The notes under the pieces: generated by a model
What the model was told of the DNA's origin: nothing
What the model saw: the letters and a program-made list of their open reading frames with translations, nothing else
The model's database searches: none
Position numbers and translations under genes: made by a program
Assembly: GCA_036389135.1 (NCBI GenBank)
Contig: DASVQP010000048.1
Span: 58,399-122,398 of the forward strand
DNA from: Longimicrobium sp.
GTDB taxonomy: Bacteria; Gemmatimonadota; Gemmatimonadetes; Longimicrobiales; Longimicrobiaceae
Reading direction: 5' to 3'
Length of the DNA: 64,000 bases
In this document: one piece after another, positions 17,568 through 25,876 of the stretch
Position numbering within the stretch: the first letter of the stretch is position 1
Layout: every line of letters begins with the position of its first letter

Positions 17568-19713
17568 CAACCACGGAACCCGTCTGGGTGCCGGACACGC
17601 CCTCGCTGGTCGCGGTGACGGTGACGCTTCCGGCGCTGACGCCGCCCATCAGCCCGGAGGGCGAGACGGTCGCGACCGCGTCGTTCGAGCCGGAGTAGGT
17701 GACGGTGCGGTCCGGGAGCTCGCGCCCCACGGAGTCCACGGCCGTGGCGCGGGCACGGACGGTGTCACCCACGATGAACGGGTCCGGGAACGGGGCGAAG
17801 CGAATCGAGGTGACCTGGGCGCGCAGGACCGTCACCGTCGTGGAGCCGCTCTTCCCCTCGCTCGTCGCGGTGATGGTGGCGGTGCCGGCGGACACGCCGC
17901 TCACGAGCGCGGTGCCGTTGCTGAGCCCGGAGGTGCTCACGGTGGCGACCGCCTCGTTGGAGCTGCTCCAGGTGACCGGCCTCCCGGTGACCACCGCACC
18001 GCTGGCATCGCGCGTGGTCGCGGTGAACTGACGCCACGCGTTCTCACGCAACTGCAGGTTCTGCGGCGTCACTTCCACGGACGCCACCGGGCCGGGAACG
18101 ACGTTGATCGTCGCGGTCGCCGTCTTCCCTTCAGCGGTGGCGGTGATGGTCGCCGTACCGGCGGACACTCCCGTCACCACCCGGTTGCCATCGATGGTCG
18201 CCACCGCCGCGTTGGAGGTGACGAGCGTGGCGGTGCGCCCGCCCAGCTCGTTCCCCGCCGCGTCGCGCGCGATCAGGGTGAGCTGGGTGGTGAGGCCCAC
18301 GCGCACCTCCGCCGGGTTCGGCGAGAGCGTGAGCGTGGCGATCGGCACCGGGATGACCGTGACCTGCGCCATCGCGGACTTCCCCTCGACCGTGGCGGTG
18401 ATCGCCACCGGCCCACCGGGGTTCGATCCGGTCACCAGGCCCGTCGCGCTCACCGAGGCCACCGCGGGGTCCGCGCTGGTCCAGGTGATGGGACGTCCGC
18501 CCACCGCCGCCCCGCTCGCATCACGCGCGATCGCGGTGAGCTGCACCGACGCGCCCGACTGGATCGTCGCGTTCTGCGGAGTGACCTCGACCGACGTCAC
18601 CGGGCCGGGAACGACGTTGACGGTCGCGGTCGCCGTCTTCCCTTCCGCGGTGGCGGTGATGGTCGCGGTGCCCGCGGACATCCCGGTCACCATCCGGTTC
18701 GCGTCGATGGCCGCCACCGCCGCATTGGAGGTGACGAGCGTGACGGTGCGCCCGCCCAGCTCGTTGCCCGCGGCGTCACGCGCGATCAGCGTGAGCTGGG
18801 TGGTGAGCCCCACCCGCACCTCCGCCGGATTCGGCGAGAGCGTCAGCGTGGCGATGGGCACCGGGATCACCGTGACCTGCGCCATCGCGGACTTTCCCTC
18901 GACCGTGGCGGTGATCGCCACCGGCCCGCCGGGATTCGAACCGGTCACCATACCGGTCGGGCTCACCGAGGCCACCGCGGGGTTCGCGCTGGTCCAGGTG
19001 ATGGGACGCCCGCCGACCGCCGCCCCGCTCGCATCGCGCGCGACGGCGGTGAGCTGCACCGACGCGCCCGACTGGATCGTCGCGTTCTGCGGAGTGACCT
19101 CGACCGACGTCACCGGGCCGGGAACGACGTTGATGGTGGCGGTCGTCGTCTTCCCTTCAGCCGTCGCGGTGATGGTCGCGGTGCCCGCGGACACTCCCGT
19201 CACCACGCGGTTGCCATCGATGGCCGCCACCGCCGCGTTGGAGGTGACGAGCGTGGCAGGGCGCCCGCCCAGCTCGTTGCCCGCGGCATCGCGCGCGATC
19301 AGCGTGAGCTGCGTAGTGAGCCCCACCCCTACCTGGACCGGATTCGGCGAGAGCGTCAGCGTGGCGACCGGCACCGGGGCAATCGTCAGCGCCACCCGCC
19401 CCACCTTTTCCTCCGCGGACGCGGTGATGGTGGCCGAGCCCGGCGTCAGTGCGGTGACGACGCCACTGGCGCTCACCGTTGCGACCGCCTTGTTGTCGCT
19501 GTTCCACGTAATCGCGCGGCCGGGCAGTACGTTGCCGGAAGGATCCTTGAGCACGATGGAGAGCTGCATCGTCTGCCCAGCGACGATGCTCGCCGCGGGT
19601 GACGTGACTTCGACGGATTCGACGGAGGCGGGCCCCGCGGGATCGTCGCTGCACGCGGTGAGCAGAAGGGCCAGGAACCCGAGGGCGGTGGTACGGCGCA
19701 GGGAGGCGACCAT
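17266..19713 (-). CDS. multi-Big_2 (bacterial Ig-like group 2) surface lipoprotein
   Basis: Lipoprotein signal MVASLRRTTALGFLALLLTAC, with the start at 19713 preferred over 19761. Eight or more Big_2-like modules (QLTxxARDAxGNxL...ATITAT). Confidence 0.9.
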   Translation of the reverse strand: MVASLRRTTALGFLALLLTACSDDPAGPASVESVEVTSPAASIVAGQTMQLSIVLKDPSGNVLPGRAITWNSDNKAVATVSASGVVTALTPGSATITASAEEKVGRVALTIAPVPVATLTLSPNPVQVGVGLTTQLTLIARDAAGNELGGRPATLVTSNAAVAAIDGNRVVTGVSAGTATITATAEGKTTTATINVVPGPVTSVEVTPQNATIQSGASVQLTAVARDASGAAVGGRPITWTSANPAVASVSPTGMVTGSNPGGPVAITATVEGKSAMAQVTVIPVPIATLTLSPNPAEVRVGLTTQLTLIARDAAGNELGGRTVTLVTSNAAVAAIDANRMVTGMSAGTATITATAEGKTATATVNVVPGPVTSVEVTPQNATIQSGASVQLTAIARDASGAAVGGRPITWTSADPAVASVSATGLVTGSNPGGPVAITATVEGKSAMAQVTVIPVPIATLTLSPNPAEVRVGLTTQLTLIARDAAGNELGGRTATLVTSNAAVATIDGNRVVTGVSAGTATITATAEGKTATATINVVPGPVASVEVTPQNLQLRENAWRQFTATTRDASGAVVTGRPVTWSSSNEAVATVSTSGLSNGTALVSGVSAGTATITATSEGKSGSTTVTVLRAQVTSIRFAPFPDPFIVGDTVRARATAVDSVGRELPDRTVTYSGSNDAVATVSPSGLMGGVSAGSVTVTATSEGVSGTQTGSVVDVYPSFDALTCQAVKVGATCTASARIRYTANGNGFPGARTIVFTSSDPGIARVAQPSTSQSTSQTATITGVSPGTVTLTATYVGANGVTRSRTMQFRVDP
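18061..19377 (-). repeat. intragenic tandem repeat, about 2.6 copies of a 513-bp (171-aa) unit
   Basis: Units begin at protein residues 133, 304 and 475 (ATLTLSPNP...). Copies are nearly identical at the amino-acid level. Confidence 0.85.
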
Positions 19714-19930
19714 GGTATTTTCACCGAGGAGGGGCGGCGATACGAAGCGTCGCATTCGCAAAGACGGTAGACCGTCCCTGCGGAGTGTGTCGGCTTCTGC
19801 CGGTAGCCAGCAGGCTTCTATCGAAGGCGAGCGGCGAACGCCTCAAAATGGCAAGGTCGTTCTACTTATCGTACACTCGTGTGCCCCAGTTGTGCCGCGT
19901 CCCGCCAGGTGTCCCGCGTTACCCTGGCGG

Positions 19931-20119
19931 CTACTCAGCGGGGACCTTCGTAGCGACCAGCTTGACGACCCCCACGAGCATCATCAGTACCCCGGCGCCC
20001 ATGAGAACGAAGCGGGCCCAGCCGAGACTCTGCACTACGATGCCCAGCGTGTTCACGGAGGTTCCGATTGTAATCAGGGCGATGTAAACGGGGACACTCT
20101 GGTTCGTAGTACGGCTCAT
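19931..20119 (-). CDS. small membrane protein (62 aa, two predicted TM helices)
   Basis: MSRTTNQSVPVYIALITIGTSVNTLGIVVQSLGWARFVLMGAGVLMMLVGVVKLVATKVPAE. Locally AT-richer. The upstream part of the track ORF is junk. Confidence 0.55.
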   Translation of the reverse strand: MSRTTNQSVPVYIALITIGTSVNTLGIVVQSLGWARFVLMGAGVLMMLVGVVKLVATKVPAE

Positions 20120-20320
20120 AAGACGCGGCTCCGGAGTCGGGGAGATATTGGATTCGCCAGGGGCGGCACTGTCACGTACGCTGCACCTGGACGCGAGTTT
20201 CATCATGCGCCGGCATACAGGTTTTCGCGGGACCTGGATGAACATAGCGGAGAACGCGGCATGGCGCCGATCCCCAACTCGCCCGCGCATCCGAGCGGTC
20301 GAGCCCATTCTACGCCATCG

Positions 20321-20818
20321 TCACACCAGCGCCGACACCTCACCGCCCGCGGCGCGCGCCCGCTCGGCGTCGGCGGGGAGGTCGGCGAGCATCTGGAAGT
20401 CGGCGAAGTCGAAGCCGGGGCCCACCATGCACGCCACCAGGGTGTACGCCCCACGGGTACGCGCGGCCTGCCACTCGCCGGCGGGCACGATGCCCAGCGC
20501 GTGGACGCCCTCGGCCACCGGGCCCAGCGTCTGGCGGCGTGCGGGGCCGCCCGCATCCGGCATGCACCACAGCTCCAGCGGGTCGCCCTCCAGCCAGCAC
20601 CACGACTCGTCCGAGCTTACGCGATGCCAGCGGCTGGCGGCGCCGTCGGCCAGGAGGAAGTAGATGGCGGTGAGCGCGCTCCGCTCCGGGCGTCCGTCGG
20701 CGGGACGCACGGCCAGTGGAGAGCGGAAGACCTCGCGAAAGGCGCCGCCCTCCGGGTGCGGCTGCAGGCCGAGAATTCGCACCAGCTCGCGGGCGCGCGG
20801 GTGTGTCGGCTCGCTCAT
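20321..20818 (-). CDS. cupin-fold protein, DUF985-like
   Basis: LQPHPEGGAFREVFRS at the N-terminus and a cupin-like core. The ATG at 20816-20818 removes a junk N-terminal extension. Confidence 0.7.
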   Translation of the reverse strand: MSEPTHPRARELVRILGLQPHPEGGAFREVFRSPLAVRPADGRPERSALTAIYFLLADGAASRWHRVSSDESWCWLEGDPLELWCMPDAGGPARRQTLGPVAEGVHALGIVPAGEWQAARTRGAYTLVACMVGPGFDFADFQMLADLPADAERARAAGGEVSALV

Positions 20819-20931
20819 GGTCTCCAACGGGGAAGGGTTGCCGATCGGCGTGGGATGCGTGAGACTGCGTTCGTGCGCTCGCAAGATATCTCCCAGGGCG
20901 GCGAGCCGAACCCCGGTCCCGGAGCGCGTCG

Positions 20932-21381
20932 ATGCCCGGCGAGTGCATCTTCTGCCAGATCGTCGCGGGTGAAAGCCCCGTGAGCGCGTTCTACGAGGAC
21001 GACGTAGTGCTCGGCCTAATGACCATCGGCCCGGTGAACACGGGGCACGCGATGGTGATCCCCAGGCGGCACGCGGCCTCACTGAGCGAGATGGACGAGG
21101 AGACCGGCAGGCACCTGTGGACCATCGCCCAGCGAACCGCGGAGGCGATCCGGAATTCCGGCGTGCGCTGCGAGGGCGTGAACCTCTTCCTGGCCGATGG
21201 CGCGGCTGCGGCACAGGAGGTCTTCCACGTGCACATGCACGTGATCCCGCGCTACGTGGGCGATCCCTTCAAGATCGTGGCCGACTGGACGATCCATCCG
21301 CCGCGCGAGGAGCTGGACCAGGCCGCCCGCCAGATCCGAGCCGCGTACGGCCAGCTCTGGTCCGGCGGACCCCGGACGTGA
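20932..21381 (+). CDS. HIT-family hydrolase
   Basis: CIFCQI at the N-terminus and the histidine triad HVHMHVIP. Confidence 0.9.
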   Translation: MPGECIFCQIVAGESPVSAFYEDDVVLGLMTIGPVNTGHAMVIPRRHAASLSEMDEETGRHLWTIAQRTAEAIRNSGVRCEGVNLFLADGAAAAQEVFHVHMHVIPRYVGDPFKIVADWTIHPPREELDQAARQIRAAYGQLWSGGPRT

Positions 21382-21502
21382 CACGAGCCAACCTCGCTCT
21401 GATGGGCCGCCGTTATTTACGTCCGGTGAGGACCGGGTGCTGGCATTCCCCTCGCGGGAGCGCCACGCTCGCGCCAGTAAGCCCGCCGCTGCCAGGGAAG
21501 AG

Positions 21503-21805
21503 ATGCGAGCATTGATCGTCGATGGTGATTGCGGGATGCGTCAGGCGTTGTCGGCAATCGTGGGCGAGCTCGGGCTTGAGGTGACGGACGCGGCGACCGT
21601 GTTCACCGCATCGGGGCATCTGGCGGCGGAGGCGTACGACCTGCTGGTGCTGTCGCTCCTTCTCCCCGACGGAACCGGGATGGACGTCGTGCGGGCCGCG
21701 CACCGGCTGGGGTGCGAGGCGCCCTTTCTTCTCGTCACCGGCGCGCACGACCTGGACGCGCTGCCTGCGGCCGTCGCGGCGGTCCTCGGCTGGGACGAGG
21801 TCTAG
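21503..21805 (+). CDS. stand-alone receiver-domain protein lacking the phospho-acceptor Asp
   Basis: CheY-like layout: MRALIVDGD...YDLLVLSLLLPDGTG...FLLVTG. Ser replaces the conserved Asp in the LVLSLLLP segment. Confidence 0.65.
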   Translation: MRALIVDGDCGMRQALSAIVGELGLEVTDAATVFTASGHLAAEAYDLLVLSLLLPDGTGMDVVRAAHRLGCEAPFLLVTGAHDLDALPAAVAAVLGWDEV

Positions 21806-21848
21806 GAAGGCGGCCTCCTGCCTTGTTTTCGCCACTGGTCAAAGACGA

Positions 21849-22676
21849 ATGCTCAGAGCGGACGTGACGCCCATGCACCGCGCCAGGCGGCTGGTGCGGG
21901 ACGTCGGCAGGTTCGTGGTGTTCAAGTCGCGGCTGCTGGCGGCGATGGTGCGCGACGTCCGGGACCTTCGCGACCCGCAGCTCGCGCCGCTGCCTCCCGC
22001 CAGGCTCCGCCAGCGCGTGGGCGGCAGCACGGACGTGCAGACGTTCCTCATCGTCGGGAGGAACGTGGCGCGCGACCTCGACGATCTGCTGGGAACGCTG
22101 GGGCGCGGCGTCTACTCGTTCGAGAACGTCCTCGACTTCGGATGCGGCCCGGCGCGGGTGCTCCGCTTCCTGCGCGACGCCCCCGCAACGTGCCGGCTGC
22201 ACGGCACCGACATCGATCCCGAGTCCATCGCGTGGTGCGAGAAGAACCTCCCGGAGGTTCGCTGGAGCTTGAACGGCCACCATCCGCCGACGCACTTCCC
22301 GGACGCGGCCTTCGACCTGATCTACTCGATCTCCGTCTTCACGCACCTCGACGAGCAGCTCCAGCTCGCCTGGCTCCAGGAGCTGCGGCGGATCGCGCGG
22401 CCGGGGGCGATCCTCATCGTGAGCGTGCATGGCGAGCGGCTCGCGCGCGCATCCATCCCGCGTCAGGCCGAGGAGGAGATCCACGCGGCCGGTGTCCTGT
22501 TCGTGGAGGGCGCGACGGGGATGCTGAAGCCGGACGGGCTCCCCGATTTCTACCAGAACAGCTTCCACACCCGCGACTACATCCTGCGGGAGTGGTCGAA
22601 GTACTTCGACGTGCTGGAGTACCGCGAGCGCGCCATCAACAACCACCAGGACGCGGTGTTGCTGCGCAGGAGGTGA
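21849..22676 (+). CDS. class I SAM-dependent methyltransferase
   Basis: Motif I VLDFGCGPARVL, with downstream acidic and hydrophobic motifs (DLIYSISVFTHL). Confidence 0.85.
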   Translation: MLRADVTPMHRARRLVRDVGRFVVFKSRLLAAMVRDVRDLRDPQLAPLPPARLRQRVGGSTDVQTFLIVGRNVARDLDDLLGTLGRGVYSFENVLDFGCGPARVLRFLRDAPATCRLHGTDIDPESIAWCEKNLPEVRWSLNGHHPPTHFPDAAFDLIYSISVFTHLDEQLQLAWLQELRRIARPGAILIVSVHGERLARASIPRQAEEEIHAAGVLFVEGATGMLKPDGLPDFYQNSFHTRDYILREWSKYFDVLEYRERAINNHQDAVLLRRR

Positions 22677-22802
22677 GGCACCGCGCCGTGGCTACGTACT
22701 GCGCGCATCATCACTACGTAGCGCGACGTACAGCGGGATCGCCCCGCCGGTGGCAACTTGGGAGCGTTCGGTGCGCATGGCGCATCCACGACCTCCCAAG
22801 CG

Positions 22803-23390
22803 ATGCGAGCCCCAAAGATGAAGCGTGCCCTTGCCGCCGCTGTTGCCGCGCTCCTCTGCGCCGCGCCGGCCCGTGCCCAGATCGACGACACGTTGCCCCC
22901 GGAGAGGACGCAGTCGATCTCCATCCTCCCCTTCCACTTCCTTTTCGGCTTCTACGCGGGCGACTACGAGCGCGTGGTGGCGCCGACGGTATCGCTCGGG
23001 CTGGGATCGAGCTACTTCTCCGCGGACGGCTACACCCACGAAGACATCGTTTCGGGCGAGGTGTACGAGACCGGCGAGCTCCACTACGCCACTCTGGAAG
23101 GCAAGCTGCGCTACTACCCCTCCGCCGATGGGCTCAACGGCGTCTCGTTCGGCGTGACCTTCGGGCCCACCTGGGTTCGCGGCGACCACGTGGCCCCGGA
23201 CGGCGGTGACACCTTCACCGCGCTGGGCGTGGGCTTCGAGGTGGCGAGGAGCCATACGATGGGCGTGGACCGGCGCTTCTACTACGGCTACGGCGGCGGC
23301 GGGAAGCGCCTCTTCCCCGTGACCGCGGCCAGCGGCGAAGCGCAGCTCGTGATCCCCACGCTGCGGCTCTCCGTCGGAATGCTCTTCTGA
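22803..23390 (+). CDS. putative outer-membrane beta-barrel protein
   Basis: Signal peptide MRAPKMKRALAAAVAALLCAAPARAQ. Alternating hydrophobic pattern and a C-terminal Phe. Confidence 0.6.
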   Translation: MRAPKMKRALAAAVAALLCAAPARAQIDDTLPPERTQSISILPFHFLFGFYAGDYERVVAPTVSLGLGSSYFSADGYTHEDIVSGEVYETGELHYATLEGKLRYYPSADGLNGVSFGVTFGPTWVRGDHVAPDGGDTFTALGVGFEVARSHTMGVDRRFYYGYGGGGKRLFPVTAASGEAQLVIPTLRLSVGMLF

Positions 23391-23416
23391 TCGGCCCATG
23401 CGGTCAGAATACGAGG

Positions 23417-23447
23417 GAGGCACGGGGAGAGGGTTCTCCGTGCCTCT
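23417..23447. terminator. bidirectional stem-loop between convergent genes
   Basis: GAGGCACGG-N12-CCGTGCCTC lies between the 23390 (+) and 23466 (-) gene ends. Confidence 0.6.
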
Positions 23448-23465
23448 TCGTCTGCGCGTGAGCCG

Positions 23466-24143
23466 CTACGCCGGGCGCGGGTTCTTGAGGCCCGTCCGTA
23501 GCTTGTTCGCGACCTCGCGGAGCACGCGCGGCGCCAGCGTGGCGCGGTGCCGCTCGACGAACGCCTCGACGGCGGCGGGGTCGCGCTTGCACAGCTCGCG
23601 CAGCGACCAGGAGACCGCCTTGACCACCATGTCGTCGCGATCCGCGGCGAGGAGCGCGCAGAGGGCGAGGGTGCGCGGCGTGTCTCCGCGGCCGCCGCGC
23701 GCGCAATTGTTGAGGCCGATGGTGCTCACCAGCGCCGCGCGCCGCCACCAGCGGTCGGGCGATGCGGCCCAGCCGTGGATGACCTCGTCCGCCACCTGCC
23801 CCTCGCGCCACGCCGGACCCGAGACGTAGCACCCAAAGGTATCCACCGCGACCCACGACGCCATCCCGCGCCCGAGCCGCTCCAGCTCGGCGGCTCCCAG
23901 GCTGCGCAGGGCTGGCCGGTGCTCGCTCACCAGCTCGTACGCCACGAGGCGCCGCACGTCATCGCCCCCGTCCAGCAGCCGCTCGGCAAGCTCCACCACG
24001 TGCCGCGGCTCCCACGCGGCGATGCGGCGCGAGAAGCCGCGGCGAAGCTCGCGCACCGGCACCGTCGTGCGCTCCGGCAGCGCATCCAGCGCATCCGCGA
24101 TCTCCCGGGCCAACTGCGCTGGATGAGGCGTGGAGCTTTCCAT
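23466..24143 (-). CDS. DNA alkylation repair (HEAT-repeat, AlkD-like family) protein
   Basis: Helical-repeat protein with W/R-rich motifs (RWWRRAALVSTIGLN, VVKAVSWSLREL) typical of that family as I recall it. Confidence 0.55.
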   Translation of the reverse strand: MESSTPHPAQLAREIADALDALPERTTVPVRELRRGFSRRIAAWEPRHVVELAERLLDGGDDVRRLVAYELVSEHRPALRSLGAAELERLGRGMASWVAVDTFGCYVSGPAWREGQVADEVIHGWAASPDRWWRRAALVSTIGLNNCARGGRGDTPRTLALCALLAADRDDMVVKAVSWSLRELCKRDPAAVEAFVERHRATLAPRVLREVANKLRTGLKNPRPA

Positions 24144-24173
24144 CAGCGTTCGAGGTGCATGCCTGGAGCGGAG

Positions 24174-24959
24174 CTACTCGCCCAGCCGCAGGATGCGCTT
24201 CCAGAGCGGCGGCGGCACCTCCAGCGGCGGCACCTCCAGCGGCGGCTCGCCCTGCAGGAGGCGGGCGGCATTGGTCTCCAGGAGTAGCGTCGCCTGCTCC
24301 TCGCCGCCGCGCGAGCGGAGCAGGTCGCGCGCACCCGCCAGCGCCAGCCGGCCACGCGCGTGGTAGTCGCTCGCCAGGTAGTCCACCCAGCCGAGCCGCA
24401 GGAGCCGCCATGCGCGCGCCTGCGCCTCCCGCCCGAAGCGTCCCAGCAGCGACCCCGCGTTCACCTGCAGGCGGACGCCCATCCGCCGCCACTCCGCGGC
24501 GTCCCGCAGCTCCTCGTGGAGGTTCGGGTAGCGCTCGGGATGCGCCACGACCGGCGACCACCCGCGCTCCAGGAGGTACGAAAGGGTCTGCTCCGCGTTC
24601 ACCGGCACCAGCATGCGCGGGAACTCGACGAGCGCGAACGGGGTCCCCGCCAGCCGGGTGCGCGGGTCGGAGAGGTCGGGGGTGTCCGTGTTCAGCATCA
24701 CCTCGGCGCCGAGCTCCAGCCGCAGCGCCGGCTCCTCCGCCGCGGCGATGCCGCGCACCTCCTTCCACGCCGCCTCCACCTGGTCGAGGCGCGCGCCGAG
24801 CTGCTCGGGGTGCGCCGTCAGCGCGCCGCTCAGGTGCGGCGTGGTGATGGCGGTGTGCACCCCCTGGCCGCGCATCTCGGCGAGCGCCGCGCGCGCCTGC
24901 TCCACGTCGGTCGCGCCGTCGTCCACGCCGGGAACGAGGTGGCTGTGGAAGTCGATCAA
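24174..24959 (-). CDS. PHP-domain tyrosine-protein phosphatase (CpsB/YwqE type)
   Basis: N-terminal MIDFHSHLVPGVDDG and later SDYHA motifs. Confidence 0.8.
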   Translation of the reverse strand: MIDFHSHLVPGVDDGATDVEQARAALAEMRGQGVHTAITTPHLSGALTAHPEQLGARLDQVEAAWKEVRGIAAAEEPALRLELGAEVMLNTDTPDLSDPRTRLAGTPFALVEFPRMLVPVNAEQTLSYLLERGWSPVVAHPERYPNLHEELRDAAEWRRMGVRLQVNAGSLLGRFGREAQARAWRLLRLGWVDYLASDYHARGRLALAGARDLLRSRGGEEQATLLLETNAARLLQGEPPLEVPPLEVPPPLWKRILRLGE

Positions 24960-25063
24960 GTACGCATCTCCACGGGGGGCTCCTCCTGCGCAATCGCATT
25001 CCGCAATCGGCAGGGTACCGCACCCGAGGGCGGTTCTGCAAGGTCAGGGAGGCGCGTCGGAAT

Positions 25064-25266
25064 TTTTGTCATCCTGAGAGAGCCGCCCCGGTCGAACTCC
25101 GCGGCCGCATCGCGTACTCCTGCGGCGACCGAAGGATCTAGCCGGCGAGGCAAGTGGACGGCGGGTAACGGCGGTCCTCTCGGAACGCGCAGTAGATCCT
25201 TCGCTCCGCGCCAAAGTATGGAGCCGGGGCGAGGACGGCGAAGCGCGTCGCTCAGGATGACAAAAG
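25064..25266. repeat. approximately 200-bp nested-palindrome element (MITE-like)
   Basis: Outer inverted repeat TTTTGTCATCCTGAG / CTCAGGATGACAAAA. Inner inverted repeat CGAAGGATCTA / TAGATCCTTCG. Intergenic. Confidence 0.7.
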
Positions 25267-25303
25267 AAGGGGGGCGAACCCACCATGACCACTGCCGCCC
25301 GCG

Positions 25304-25359
25304 AGCCCGCTTCAGCGGTCTTCCCGTGGTTCCAGCCGGGGGATTCATCCCCCGGCGGG
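25304..25359. repeat. REP-like hairpin unit, inverted copy of 47564-47617
   Basis: gcttcagcggtcttcccgtggttccagccgggggattcatcccccgg matches the reverse complement of 47564-47617 almost base for base. Confidence 0.85.
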
Positions 25360-25432
25360 CCTCTCGTTGACACGCGCGCGCCGCAGGGGCACTTTCCCGC
25401 CGCCCAGCGCGCCAACCTTTCGGCCCATTCCG

Positions 25433-25876
25433 GTGAAGTCTCTTCTTACCTACGTCATGATGGTGGTCCTTCCGATCGCGGGGGTGCTCGGCGTGCTGCA
25501 CGCCGGGCGCGATCTGCGCGCGCCGCACGCGATTGGCGGCGAGTGGCGGATCGGCGCGGGGCCGCTCACGGGTACCACCTTTGTCGTGCAGCAGTCGGGC
25601 GAGCACCTGTCGCTCGTGCTGCCGGTGAGGGGCGGAATCCAGCTCCGGGGCAGGTCGCGCGGCGACACGCTCGAGTTGAGGAACGGTGGACTGGCGATCA
25701 CCCACATGGAGGCGTGTGACCCCGCGCGAGGTACGACCCTGCGCGCGATCCTCGACCTCACCGCCGCGCCGGGGCGGATGAAGGGCGCCGCGATGGTCGG
25801 GGGTGAGCACTGCCCGCCGATCCCCTTCGACGCAGCGCGCGCGCCGAAGCCGGGGCGAAAGGCCGCGCAGCACTGA
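25433..25876 (+). CDS. hypothetical membrane-anchored protein
   Basis: Coding-like codon bias and one N-terminal TM segment (LLTYVMMVVLPIAGVLGVL). Its stop overlaps the start of the antiporter gene (TGATG). The start is uncertain: TTG 25367, GTG 25433 or ATG 25457. Confidence 0.6.
   Translation: MKSLLTYVMMVVLPIAGVLGVLHAGRDLRAPHAIGGEWRIGAGPLTGTTFVVQQSGEHLSLVLPVRGGIQLRGRSRGDTLELRNGGLAITHMEACDPARGTTLRAILDLTAAPGRMKGAAMVGGEHCPPIPFDAARAPKPGRKAAQH

Noticed and set aside
17035-20983. 855-aa and 959-aa plus-strand ORFs
   Set aside because: They are antisense to the Big_2 lipoprotein gene. They are repetitive only because they mirror its tandem repeats, and they have no protein-like features.
24155-25041. 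Plus- and minus-strand ORFs of 230-360 aa overlapping the phosphatase gene
   Set aside because: These are alternative frames or strands of the CpsB-like gene (24174-24959). Their composition is Ala/Arg/Gly/Pro junk.
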